Shown piece after piece: positions 16,402 through 25,434 of a DNA stretch of 64,000 nucleotides; positions within the stretch are counted from its first letter, which is position 1; each line of letters starts with the position of its first letter. The DNA lies in NCBI GenBank assembly GCA_037445065.1, contig JBBILD010000003.1:1-64000 (forward strand). The letters are read 5' to 3'. A program made the translations under genes and the position numbers. The notes below the pieces were generated by a model. It had not been told where the DNA came from and did no database searches. It saw only the letters and a program-made list of their open reading frames with translations. The DNA comes from Myxococcales bacterium. GTDB taxonomy: Bacteria; Desulfobacterota; Binatia; HRBIN30.

Positions 16402-18624
16402 ATGAGTGGAGCTGTGGGTCGTGGGTCGAAAGTGTGGGTTGTGCTGGTTTTAACAGCGTTCACGGCAGTGGTGTGTGCTGGGTGTGGGGACAACGAGATC
16501 ACGGCAGCACTGACCCCGACGGGTACGCCAGCGGCAACGGCCACACTGTCGCGCAGCCCGACGCAGGGTGTCACACCCTCACCCCAGATCACGCTCCCTT
16601 CGGAAACACCGCGCACCCCGACTTCCACCGCGACGCTGTCGGCCACACCGGTGGCAAGCGCAACCGCGACCTTCACTGCAACGCCCACCTTCACGGCCAC
16701 CGCCACGAGCACGGCTACGCTTCCGGCCACCCCCACCGCGACCCAAGGGCCCGCCACCGCCCTTTTCTCGCTCGACGCCGACAACCCGGACAATCCTTTC
16801 CCTAGCGATCGGCTGCGCGACGAGGCGGGACGCGTGCGGGTGCCCGCGCCGTATTTGCGCATCGCGTTGCCCGATACGGCGGAGTTTGCCGCAGCTCGCG
16901 CCTTTGGGGAGGCGATCGCTTCGCAGCTTCAAGTGCTCACGGGCTTCTCGACTTTTGCACCCATTCGCGTGCGCTTCGATCGCCCGGTGGTGGTGGATGC
17001 GGGGAGCTTCCCGCGTGGCATCTGGCTGTTGCGGGCAGACGAACTCGACGACCCTCCCCACTGGATCCAAGCGTCGTACTACGACCCGGACCGCGCCCTC
17101 GAGATTTATCCGGTGGTGCCGCTGCGCCCCAAGACCCCGTACGCACTGGTAGTCACGGACGACCTGGTGGATTCTCGGGGGTACCACGTACAGCCCTCCG
17201 AGGACTTCGTTCGCCTGCGTGAGGGAATCGGACTGGATGCTGCAGCTCAGGCGTGGCGAGATCGCTTGCTGCCCATTTGGGACTACGTGGAACGGCGCTT
17301 GGAGATTCGGCGCAGTGAAATCGTGCTCACGGAACTGTTCACGACCCAGCCGACGTGGGACGACTTGGTCGCCATTCGCCAACGGCTCGACGCGGGCGCG
17401 CTGCCGGAGGCACTGCCAGTGCTCGATCGGCCGCTGGGCGACTTGCGTACCGGCATCTTCCCAGAGGGTACGCCGGAGTTCGAAAGCCTGGTGGGTGCGG
17501 CGAACACAGCCAACGTGGCCGCTGCCGCCGTCGGTTTCTTCGACTCCTTTGACTTTCGTGATCGCCCCAACGGGGCCTTCGACCCCAGCAAGATCGCGGG
17601 CGAGGCGACGCCGAGCCCGAACAAGGTGGACTTTTACATGGCGCTGCCCAAAGCGACGCCGCCACCGAACGGGTATCCGGTGGCGGTCTTTGGGCACGGA
17701 CTGGGCGGTTCCGGGCGCGACGTTTACCAAATCGCGCGCCTCAATCTGCACATACCGATGGTGGGCATCGCCATTTCTGCCCTTCAGCACGGACGGCGCG
17801 GGTCGGTGACTAACTTTTTCAACCTCACGAGTATCACCACGACGCGCGAGTTTTTCCGGCAAACGATCGCGGACTTTATGCAACTCGTGCGCATGATCCG
17901 CCGTGCCCACGCCGCACGGATCGCACCGTTCGATACTGTGGATCCCGAGCGCATCGTATACATCGGTGGCTCGCTCGGCGGCATCATGGGGACGATGTTC
18001 ATGGCGGTGGAGAACCAGGTGCTCGTGGGCATGCTGAGCGTGCCAGGGGGCGGATTGCCGAACATCCTGGCCTCGCGACAAATCGGCCAGTTGCTCGAGC
18101 CCTTCCTCGGTGTGCTGATTGGGTTGCAACCGAGTAGCCCCTTCTTCGAGCCCTTCTTGCACCGCTTCCGGCAGGTCGCACAGTGGGCCCTCGATCCGGC
18201 CGACCCGATCAACTACGCGCCCTACGTGGTGGTGCCGGGAGCGCAACTGCCAGGCGTGCCGCCAAAGCGCATCCTCATGCACGAAGGAATCGTGGACGAT
18301 GTGGTGCCCAATCGCACCACGGAAGATCTCGCTCTGGCCATGCGCTTACCCGACCTCAACGCCACGCGCGGCTGCCTCCGTGCAAGCGGCTGCAGCGGAA
18401 TCTGGCGCTTTGTGATGACCGATTACGGCCGCGACGAGCTGAGCGGGCACACGGTGACCGTTGATGTGGCAGAGGCAACGCGCCAAGCCTTCGCGTTTTT
18501 GCTGAGCGATGGCACGTGGATCCCGGATGCGAGTCCCGGAGCGGAAATTGACCTCGACGCCCCGCCCCTGCCGCTCCAGTGGTTGGTCACGAGCGAGGTG
18601 GGAGCCGAACTGGGAATCCAATAA
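16402..18624 (+). CDS. Secreted/lipoprotein alpha/beta hydrolase (extracellular lipase-like) with Thr/Pro-rich linker
   Basis: Lipobox-like CAG-C; TPT/TAT linker; PFPSD motif; FGHGLGG oxyanion and GGSLGG nucleophile motifs; DDVVPN; GH. Confidence 0.75.
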   Translation: MSGAVGRGSKVWVVLVLTAFTAVVCAGCGDNEITAALTPTGTPAATATLSRSPTQGVTPSPQITLPSETPRTPTSTATLSATPVASATATFTATPTFTATATSTATLPATPTATQGPATALFSLDADNPDNPFPSDRLRDEAGRVRVPAPYLRIALPDTAEFAAARAFGEAIASQLQVLTGFSTFAPIRVRFDRPVVVDAGSFPRGIWLLRADELDDPPHWIQASYYDPDRALEIYPVVPLRPKTPYALVVTDDLVDSRGYHVQPSEDFVRLREGIGLDAAAQAWRDRLLPIWDYVERRLEIRRSEIVLTELFTTQPTWDDLVAIRQRLDAGALPEALPVLDRPLGDLRTGIFPEGTPEFESLVGAANTANVAAAAVGFFDSFDFRDRPNGAFDPSKIAGEATPSPNKVDFYMALPKATPPPNGYPVAVFGHGLGGSGRDVYQIARLNLHIPMVGIAISALQHGRRGSVTNFFNLTSITTTREFFRQTIADFMQLVRMIRRAHAARIAPFDTVDPERIVYIGGSLGGIMGTMFMAVENQVLVGMLSVPGGGLPNILASRQIGQLLEPFLGVLIGLQPSSPFFEPFLHRFRQVAQWALDPADPINYAPYVVVPGAQLPGVPPKRILMHEGIVDDVVPNRTTEDLALAMRLPDLNATRGCLRASGCSGIWRFVMTDYGRDELSGHTVTVDVAEATRQAFAFLLSDGTWIPDASPGAEIDLDAPPLPLQWLVTSEVGAELGIQ

Positions 18625-19009
18625 GGCCCAAGCTTCGTCGGCGCATGCCACGCAGCCATCGGTGCGCGCGTGATTCCTCGTGCTCGCCGCTGTGGAGCCT
18701 GCCGGCGTTGAGAACCCCATTGTGGGGCCCGACCCACGCTCGTTCGACGGCAACCCGTGGCCGGGCGATCGGGTTTCCGGCGGTCGCGCAGGGATGGTTA
18801 GCTCGCGAGAGCTCAGTGCGGATGGTCAGCACGCCTGTGCGCTGCGTACAGATCGGACGATGGCGTGCCCAAGTGCAGGAACACTCATGGCGGAGCCAAT
18901 CAACCCTCTGGGATCGTCCCGCAGGTGAGTGCGGGGGAGTCCCACATTGCGGTGGACGTCACGGGACCACGGCAAGCCCGCGGCCCGGCACAGCCCTGCT
19001 CTCCCGGAT

Positions 19010-19160
19010 GTGGGGGCGGCCCTTGTGGCGGCCCGTGGTGCCCTCGGCAGGGCGGTCCGGTCGTGCACGCGGGGGTCCGGAGCGTGGTCGGCGTGGCGTG
19101 CGGCCCGATTCGACATTTCGGTCCGCTCACAACACGGGCAGGCACAAGACCTGCCCCTAC
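19010..19160. repeat. REPIN-like element copy (151 bp)
   Basis: Left arm GTGG-GGGCGGCC-CTTGT-GGCGGCCC-GTGGTGC; right arm GGGCAGGCACAAGACCTGCCCCTAC (19136-19160). Confidence 0.8.
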
Positions 19161-19551
19161 GTTTCCTCGGTAACGGCGTGCGACCACAGGCGCACTGGTG
19201 CCGGCCGTGGTGCGGTCACCCCCGGTGCCTCGCTCGACGTCCGTGTTGCGGCGCGCTCCGATGTTACGGAGCGAATCAGGGACGGCCTGCGGTGGTATCC
19301 TGCTTCCACCACAGCGCCTGGGAACGTGCAGGCTGCCTCTTCCGGGGGGACAGCGCTGAAGGCGTTGCACAATCCAGCCTGGGTACACGATGCGCACCAA
19401 CCGCCCGGCCAAAATGCGCAACTCTTGTTGCGTGCGCTGAGCCGCCGGGGGAGCGGTGCCGAAACACTCGCACGCCAAGGGCCACAACGAAAGGCCAGGA
19501 TTCCGTCGGACTGGTTTCCCCAGCCCCGCGCTTGTGGCACTCACTGGGGGC

Positions 19552-20097
19552 ATGGGAAAGACCTACGACTCGCTCGAGCCGCTGGCGGATTTCCTCTTGC
19601 GCCAGCACGTGTTTTTCGTGGCCACCGCTCCGCTTGCGGCAGAGGGCCATGTGAACCTCTCCCCCAAAGGCCTCGACTCCTTGCGGATCCTCGGCCCGAA
19701 GACAATTGCCTATCTGGACCTCACTGGCAGCGGTGCCGAAACCATCGCACACCTGCGCGAGAATGGGCGGATCGCGTTGATGTTTTGTGCGTTCGAAGGG
19801 CCCCCGAAAATCGTGCGGCTGCACGGGCGCGGGCGTGTTGTCTTCCCGGGTGACGAAGAGTTTTCTGCGCTTCGCCCGCGTTTCCCGGATTGGCCCGGCG
19901 TTCGCGCCATCATCGTGGCCGAGCTGGAGAGGATCTCCGATTCTTGCGGCTACGGTGTGCCTTTGTACGAGTATCGAGGCGAGCGCAGACAACTCGTCGA
20001 GTGGGCGCAACGGAAGGGGGAACGGGGACTCGAGGAGTATCGCGCCAAGCACAATCGCGCCAGCATTGACGGCCTGCCCGCCCTCGCAACGGAGTGA
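19552..20097 (+). CDS. Pyridoxamine 5'-phosphate oxidase-like FMN-binding protein
   Basis: FFVATAPL...VNLSPKG...YLDLTGSGAETIAHLRENGR...SCGYGVP...NRASIDGLP family pattern. Confidence 0.88.
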   Translation: MGKTYDSLEPLADFLLRQHVFFVATAPLAAEGHVNLSPKGLDSLRILGPKTIAYLDLTGSGAETIAHLRENGRIALMFCAFEGPPKIVRLHGRGRVVFPGDEEFSALRPRFPDWPGVRAIIVAELERISDSCGYGVPLYEYRGERRQLVEWAQRKGERGLEEYRAKHNRASIDGLPALATE

Positions 20098-20106
20098 GGA
20101 ACCAGC

Positions 20107-20928
20107 TCAGCTTTCCGCGCCAGGCAGCTCGGCGGTGAGTTGGAGTCGCCGCTGCAAAATCGCGCACATGGCAGGGTGAATGTGCGGATTCGCAGCCACG
20201 ATTTGCTCGCCGAACAAAGCGAGGGAGCGGCCGCGAAAGTCGCTGACGCGCCCTCCGGCTTCTCGCACGATGAGGCTACCGGCGGCGACGTCCCAGGCGT
20301 GCAGGCGCCACTCCCAGAATCCATCGTAACGCCCACAGGCGACCCAGCATAAATCCAGGGCCGCTGAGCCGAAGCGGCGGATATCCTGCGCTTGGCGCAC
20401 AAACTCGCTCATGAAGCCGAGGTAGTAGTCGCAGTGTCTCTGGCGATCGTAGGGAAGACCCGTGGCGAGCAAAGCCCCGCCCAGTTCCTCTACCGACGAC
20501 ACCCGGATCGGCTGCCCGTTGCGGGTGGCGCCAGACCCGCGCACAGCGAAAAACTCCTCGTTGCGCATCGGATCGATCACGACCCCGACTTCCACGTCTT
20601 CGCCGCGCGCAAAGGCGAGCGAAACGGCGAAGTGTGGGACCCGGTGTACAAAGTTCACCGTGCCGTCGAGGGGATCAACGTACCAGGCAGGTGCTCCCAC
20701 CGGCGGCCGTCGTGCTTGCCCACCGCTTCCTTCTTCGGCCACGATCAAGTGATCGGGGAACGCATCTCGAATCATTGCCACGATCGTAGCCTCTGCTTCG
20801 CGGTCGGTGGCTGTGACCAGGTCAACCGGCCCCTTGTACTCGACCCGCCGCTGGCCGTGCCAAGCGTTGCGAACGATGGCGGCCGCCTGCCGAGCTGCCG
20901 CGAGCGCCACCTCTGGTATGTTTTTCAT
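20107..20928 (-). CDS. suhB: Inositol monophosphatase family protein
   Basis: DLVTATD, VDPLDGTVNF, GSAALDLC, WDVAAG motifs. Confidence 0.92.
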   Translation of the reverse strand: MKNIPEVALAAARQAAAIVRNAWHGQRRVEYKGPVDLVTATDREAEATIVAMIRDAFPDHLIVAEEGSGGQARRPPVGAPAWYVDPLDGTVNFVHRVPHFAVSLAFARGEDVEVGVVIDPMRNEEFFAVRGSGATRNGQPIRVSSVEELGGALLATGLPYDRQRHCDYYLGFMSEFVRQAQDIRRFGSAALDLCWVACGRYDGFWEWRLHAWDVAAGSLIVREAGGRVSDFRGRSLALFGEQIVAANPHIHPAMCAILQRRLQLTAELPGAES

Positions 20929-20943
20929 CCCGTCTCCTTCGCC

Positions 20944-23484
20944 TCACCTGCAAGCGGTGATGGCGGGCGGCACCGAGTCGGCAAGCTTCGCCAGATACTG
21001 CCGCTCGAGCCAGCCGCGGCGGCCATCGCAGGCCGCGACCAAGACCCAACTGCCGCGCTCGGTTTGTAAGCGCAAGAGGGTTCCCGGAGGGGCGGCGTAA
21101 TGGACCGTTGCACTGGGCTCGGGCGCATAGCGCACCGCCGCCGGCTCGCGGCTGAGCACGACGACGGTGGAAGCCGGATCGCTGCGCAACCGAACCAAGA
21201 GCCACGAGGCCCCGGCGAGCACCACCAGCCCGAGAGAGGCTGCGCTGCCCCGCAACAGCAACCTGCGCCACGAAGGGAGCAGAAATGCCATCGTCGCCAG
21301 CGCGGCGGTGAGCAAGTAGAAGCCCTGTGTCAACCCGGCCAGCTCGCCCCGACTCAATCGTGTCGCAAAGGGAAGGAGCAGCCGTTCCCACCAGGCGTCC
21401 GGACATGCGCGAGCCCCGGCACGGGCGCGCGCGAATGCGAGGTTGGCAGCGAGGTCCGGGTCGCGTGGATCGAGCAAGCGGGCGCGCTCGTAACTCCAGA
21501 TCGCTCGGCCGAGGTCGCCGGCGCGAACGAGTGCGTTGCCGATGTTGTAATAAATTGCGGCCGATTCGTAGCCAGCTCGGAGTACCGACTCATACGCCTC
21601 GGCTGCCTTGGTGTAATCCCCGCGGCGGTACGCGGCATTCCCCTCGGCAAATCGAGCCAGCAGCGTCACATCCGCAATCGTGCTCGTAGCGGCAAGCAAA
21701 AGCAAAATCGCGGCAGCGGTCCGAGGCGCGCCAGAGCATCCCGATTGCGGGCGGTCGAGCAGGTCGAGTAAGGCGCGGAGTTCCTCCAGGTGCTGGGCTG
21801 GAGCGACACGCGGCGAGGCAAGGCCAAAGCGAACCGCTTCGCATGCCTCGAGCAAGGCGCGGGTGCGGGCGCGCGCGTTTTCCGGGAGAGGCAGCAACGT
21901 GGCTCGTTCTGCATCCAGGAAGCCGGGGGCGAGATCGAAGCGGGCGCTCAGCGCCGCGCGCAAGGTTTCGGCTAACGCGTCGTAAAAAGCACGGGGCTCT
22001 GAGAGCGCGGCTTCGCAGCGCGCAATCCCGGCGCGCGCCGCAGCGCGGCATGCCTGGATGCGGTGCCACTCGCGATCTGCTTGACGGCGGCGCCGATGCC
22101 GGTCCCAAAGGTAGGCCGCAAGCGGAAAGCAGAGCACGAGAGCGTTGCTTGCCGCAACCGAGCCACCGGTCGGGGCGGGCAAGCGCAGGTGCCCCGGATC
22201 CTCCTTGATGTCCAGGATGTCCTGGTCGGCTTGGTCCCTTGCGCCTGGCTCCTCGGCGACGGTGACCGCCGCGGGTGTCTCGAGCGAGGGTCGCACCACC
22301 ACTGCCAGAGGGCCGCTCTCAATCGTCTGGTAGCGCTCGAGCTCCGGATCGAAGTACGAAAAGGAGAGCGGGGGAAGTGGCTCCGCGGGCGTCTTGGGAA
22401 TGGCCACTTGTTCGAATACCCACTGCGGCGGGCCAGACTGCACGAGTTGAGGGTCGTAGAACTTCCACGCTGGATGAGGCCGCAGGCTAGGCGGGATGAC
22501 TCCGTCGAGATTGCCGTCGCCGCGCAAGGTGAAGCGGAACGTGACCGGGTCGCCGGTCCGGACCTCCGTCGGCTGTGCTTCGGCATGAAGTGTGAAACGC
22601 CCCACCGCGCCGCTGAAATCCGGCGGGCGCCCTCGTTCAGGCAAGGGTTGCACTTCTAGAGGAACCGCTTCGGCGTGTAGGGTGAGGTTCCGGCGTTGCC
22701 AGAAAAACGGGTCATCGAACCAACTGCGCCCGGGGCGTTCGAGCACGCTCAAGCTCAATGTGGCCGGGCCCAGCGCGAGCAGGCCCGGCTTGAGCGGGGT
22801 GAGCGTCGAGGCAAAGCGCACCACTTGGAAGCGCTGCCCGTCCACGGTTTCCTCCCCTTGCGTTGGCTCCCCGAAGCGATCGAGAGCGGCTCCCTCCACG
22901 TTGAGCTGCGGGTACTGCAGATCGCCCACGCGCACAGCGCCGACGTACAGCAGGACTTCGATCGGTATGCGCTCGCGCACGTACGGCCGCGCTTTTGCAG
23001 CGCGTACGACCAAGCGCAGGGGCCGCTCCCGGGCAGCGTTTCCTGCGCTTGGGGGGAGTACTTCGACCTCCACCGCGCTGGCCTCCAGGTGCTCCGAGCC
23101 GAGCTGCACCGAAAAGGGCCCGAGCTGATACCGCCCGGGTGTGTCGCTGTGGACCTGGTAGCGGTGCTCGACGCGGGCTTGTACCTGGCCGTTCACGATC
23201 ATCACTTGGGTGGACGGCCCCAGGTACTGGACCTGTATACTGGGCGGCACCTGGAATTCCGGGAGCGGCGCGCTTTGCGTCCCGTGGAGGGTAACGCGCA
23301 GCAGCGCTGCCTCCCCGGCAGGCAGACGGCGCGGTTCGACTTGCACCTCGAGACGCGCGGCTGCCGCCCAGGTATGCAGGAAGGGGAGAAGAAACAAACT
23401 CAAAGCGGCGCAACGCATGCTGCGGGGAAGCGAACGGAGGCAACAGCGCTTCGGGGAAAAACGCGGCTCTGGCATGGCGATCAC
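20944..23484 (-). CDS. batD: BatD-like protein fused to a BatE-like TPR/SH3 module
   Basis: Ig-like BatD repeats (P.F.GAVG.F; FSYFDP...Y.T), TM helix, then TPR (YNIGNA...AIWSYERA..LDPRD) and C-terminal SH3b (GW); GTG start overlaps the upstream stop (ATG at 23475 is an alternative). Confidence 0.82.
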   Translation of the reverse strand: MIAMPEPRFSPKRCCLRSLPRSMRCAALSLFLLPFLHTWAAAARLEVQVEPRRLPAGEAALLRVTLHGTQSAPLPEFQVPPSIQVQYLGPSTQVMIVNGQVQARVEHRYQVHSDTPGRYQLGPFSVQLGSEHLEASAVEVEVLPPSAGNAARERPLRLVVRAAKARPYVRERIPIEVLLYVGAVRVGDLQYPQLNVEGAALDRFGEPTQGEETVDGQRFQVVRFASTLTPLKPGLLALGPATLSLSVLERPGRSWFDDPFFWQRRNLTLHAEAVPLEVQPLPERGRPPDFSGAVGRFTLHAEAQPTEVRTGDPVTFRFTLRGDGNLDGVIPPSLRPHPAWKFYDPQLVQSGPPQWVFEQVAIPKTPAEPLPPLSFSYFDPELERYQTIESGPLAVVVRPSLETPAAVTVAEEPGARDQADQDILDIKEDPGHLRLPAPTGGSVAASNALVLCFPLAAYLWDRHRRRRQADREWHRIQACRAAARAGIARCEAALSEPRAFYDALAETLRAALSARFDLAPGFLDAERATLLPLPENARARTRALLEACEAVRFGLASPRVAPAQHLEELRALLDLLDRPQSGCSGAPRTAAAILLLLAATSTIADVTLLARFAEGNAAYRRGDYTKAAEAYESVLRAGYESAAIYYNIGNALVRAGDLGRAIWSYERARLLDPRDPDLAANLAFARARAGARACPDAWWERLLLPFATRLSRGELAGLTQGFYLLTAALATMAFLLPSWRRLLLRGSAASLGLVVLAGASWLLVRLRSDPASTVVVLSREPAAVRYAPEPSATVHYAAPPGTLLRLQTERGSWVLVAACDGRRGWLERQYLAKLADSVPPAITACR

Positions 23485-24428
23485 CAATCGTTGAGCGGCT
23501 CGGCGACCTGCCCGTGTGCCAGGCGGCGCAGGATTTCGCCCGGCGACAGTTCCTCAGCTCGCGCGGCATCGAGGATCGCCTGAGCTGCGGCCTGGTGCGC
23601 GGCCGGAGTGCCAGCCTCCGGTCGCGGAGACGAAGCGGCTAGCGGCTCGCGCGGCGCGCTTGGTAGCCCTGGTTCCTTGCTTCCCGCAGCCTCCGACGAT
23701 TCCTCTTCGTTAGGGGCTCGCTCCGCAGGGCTGTCTTCCTGGCTGGAAGCTTCGCCGCTCTCTTCGCTGGGCTCAGCGGGAGCGGCGGGGGAACCTTCAC
23801 GGGATGCAGGAGTGGGTTCGTCGCCCCCAGGGTTAGCCTCCGCGGAGTCCTCGGAGGGAGAACCCCCTGACTCCTCTGGGGGAGAGGAGGGGTCTTGCGG
23901 TTGGGGCTGCGCTTGCTGTGGAGAAGGCGGTTGTTGCAAGGGCTGCTCCTGCCGCTGCCTGAGTTCCTCCAGCTTCTTGCGGGCGAGTTCGTAATTGAAT
24001 TTTGCGTCTTGGTCGTTCGGGTCGTTCCGCAAGACCTGCCGATAGGAGGCGAGGGCTTCGGCGTAAAGTTGAAGCGCTCGCTCGGGCTGCGCCCGTTCGC
24101 TTGCCTCCGCAAGGCGGTACAGGGCGTTGCCCCGATTGTAGGTCGCCAAGTGCGCGGCTTTGGGATCACTGTCGCCAACGTGCTGCCACGCAGCCAGGGC
24201 CTGGTCGAACTGTTGCGCGCGGTACAGCGCGTTTCCGAGGTTGTAATGCAGTAGCGGTGAGTCGGGTGCGTCAATCCGTGCCTGGTTGTACTGTTTGATT
24301 GCCTCCTCGACTTTGCCTGCGCGGAGCAATTCGTTGGCGCTTTCCACAAGGCTACCGATTGGCTCCGTCCACCCGCTGGAAAGGAAACCCAACAGAGAAG
24401 CAATGGCGATCTTTCTGCTCCTACGCAT
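23481..24428 (-). CDS. batC: BatC-like TPR protein with acidic/Gln-Pro low-complexity tail
   Basis: YNLGNALYR TPRs, DAKFNYELA, C-terminal ..NDW typical of this family. Confidence 0.8.
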   Translation of the reverse strand: MRRSRKIAIASLLGFLSSGWTEPIGSLVESANELLRAGKVEEAIKQYNQARIDAPDSPLLHYNLGNALYRAQQFDQALAAWQHVGDSDPKAAHLATYNRGNALYRLAEASERAQPERALQLYAEALASYRQVLRNDPNDQDAKFNYELARKKLEELRQRQEQPLQQPPSPQQAQPQPQDPSSPPEESGGSPSEDSAEANPGGDEPTPASREGSPAAPAEPSEESGEASSQEDSPAERAPNEEESSEAAGSKEPGLPSAPREPLAASSPRPEAGTPAAHQAAAQAILDAARAEELSPGEILRRLAHGQVAEPLNDW

Positions 24429-25434
24429 GGTCTCGCTCCTTGGCCACGGTGGTCTTGCGTCGTGTTGGGACGAGCGGTTCGATGAGAAGCAAGAGCAGGG
24501 CGGGCAGGGCGAAGTAGGCGAAGCGGTGGACAAGAAGCCGCTCGCGACCGGTCCGCCGTTCTTTTGGCTCGAGCTGCGCGCGGGCCTGCTCATAAAGCGG
24601 CACGAGAGAAAACCCGGAAGCAGACGCGCTGAGGTAAGCACCGCCCGTGCGGCGGGCGATGGTTTGCAATAGCTCTTCGTCCAGGCGCGATTTGACAGGT
24701 TTTCCCTGCCGGTCTTTGAGGTAGCCGCCATTTGCCACCGGGATCAGTTCTCCTTCTTTGCTCCCGAGACCGACGGTAAACACCGCAATGCCTCTTTGCG
24801 TGGCTCGTTCGACGGCGGCGGCCACATTCCCTTCATGATCCTCTCCATCGGTCAGCAAGAGGACTGCGCGGTGCTTGCCTTCCTCACCTTCGAACGCTTC
24901 GATCGCTCGCTCCAGGGCTTGCCCGATTGCGGTGCCGCCTTTGGGTAAAATTCCCGGCTCAGCGGCACGAAGGTTTTGCAGGAAGGCCGAGTAGTCCACG
25001 GTCAGTGGGCACTGCAGGAAGGCCGTCCCAGCGAATAGCACCAAGGCCACCCGATCGCCGCGCAGACTCCGGAGCAGCTCTTCCAAGGCCAGCTTGGCGC
25101 GCTCGAGGCGGCTGGGTGCGAGGTCTGGTGCCAGCATGCTGCGCGATACATCGAGCGCGATCACCAGATCCAGACCGCGGCTTCGCACTTGCTGCCAATG
25201 AACACCCCACCGCGGGCCAGCCATGGCGAGCACGAGCAAGACAGAAATCAGCAACGCCAAGGCAGCCCGTAGCCAGCGCAGAGAAGGCGGCGCTGTGAGG
25301 AGCTGGGGGAGCAAGGTTTCTTCGGCAAAACGGCGCAGCCGTTGCTGCTCCCACTTTGCGGAAAGCCAGAAGGAAGCGGCCAGCAGGGGAGCGAGGCAGA
25401 GCAAGAGGAGTAGGCGTGGCTCGTACCAGTTCAT
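24421..25434 (-). CDS. batB: BatB-like VWA domain membrane protein
   Basis: MIDAS DVSRSM, CPLTVD, LLTDGED. Confidence 0.85.
   Translation of the reverse strand: MNWYEPRLLLLLCLAPLLAASFWLSAKWEQQRLRRFAEETLLPQLLTAPPSLRWLRAALALLISVLLVLAMAGPRWGVHWQQVRSRGLDLVIALDVSRSMLAPDLAPSRLERAKLALEELLRSLRGDRVALVLFAGTAFLQCPLTVDYSAFLQNLRAAEPGILPKGGTAIGQALERAIEAFEGEEGKHRAVLLLTDGEDHEGNVAAAVERATQRGIAVFTVGLGSKEGELIPVANGGYLKDRQGKPVKSRLDEELLQTIARRTGGAYLSASASGFSLVPLYEQARAQLEPKERRTGRERLLVHRFAYFALPALLLLLIEPLVPTRRKTTVAKERDHA

Noticed and set aside
18579..19853. 424-aa ORF across the long spacer, a possible RAYT transposase
   Set aside because: No HUH/Tyr motifs; the GRHKTCPY-like peptide is just translated REP sequence; composition is Arg/Pro/Gly-rich noise.
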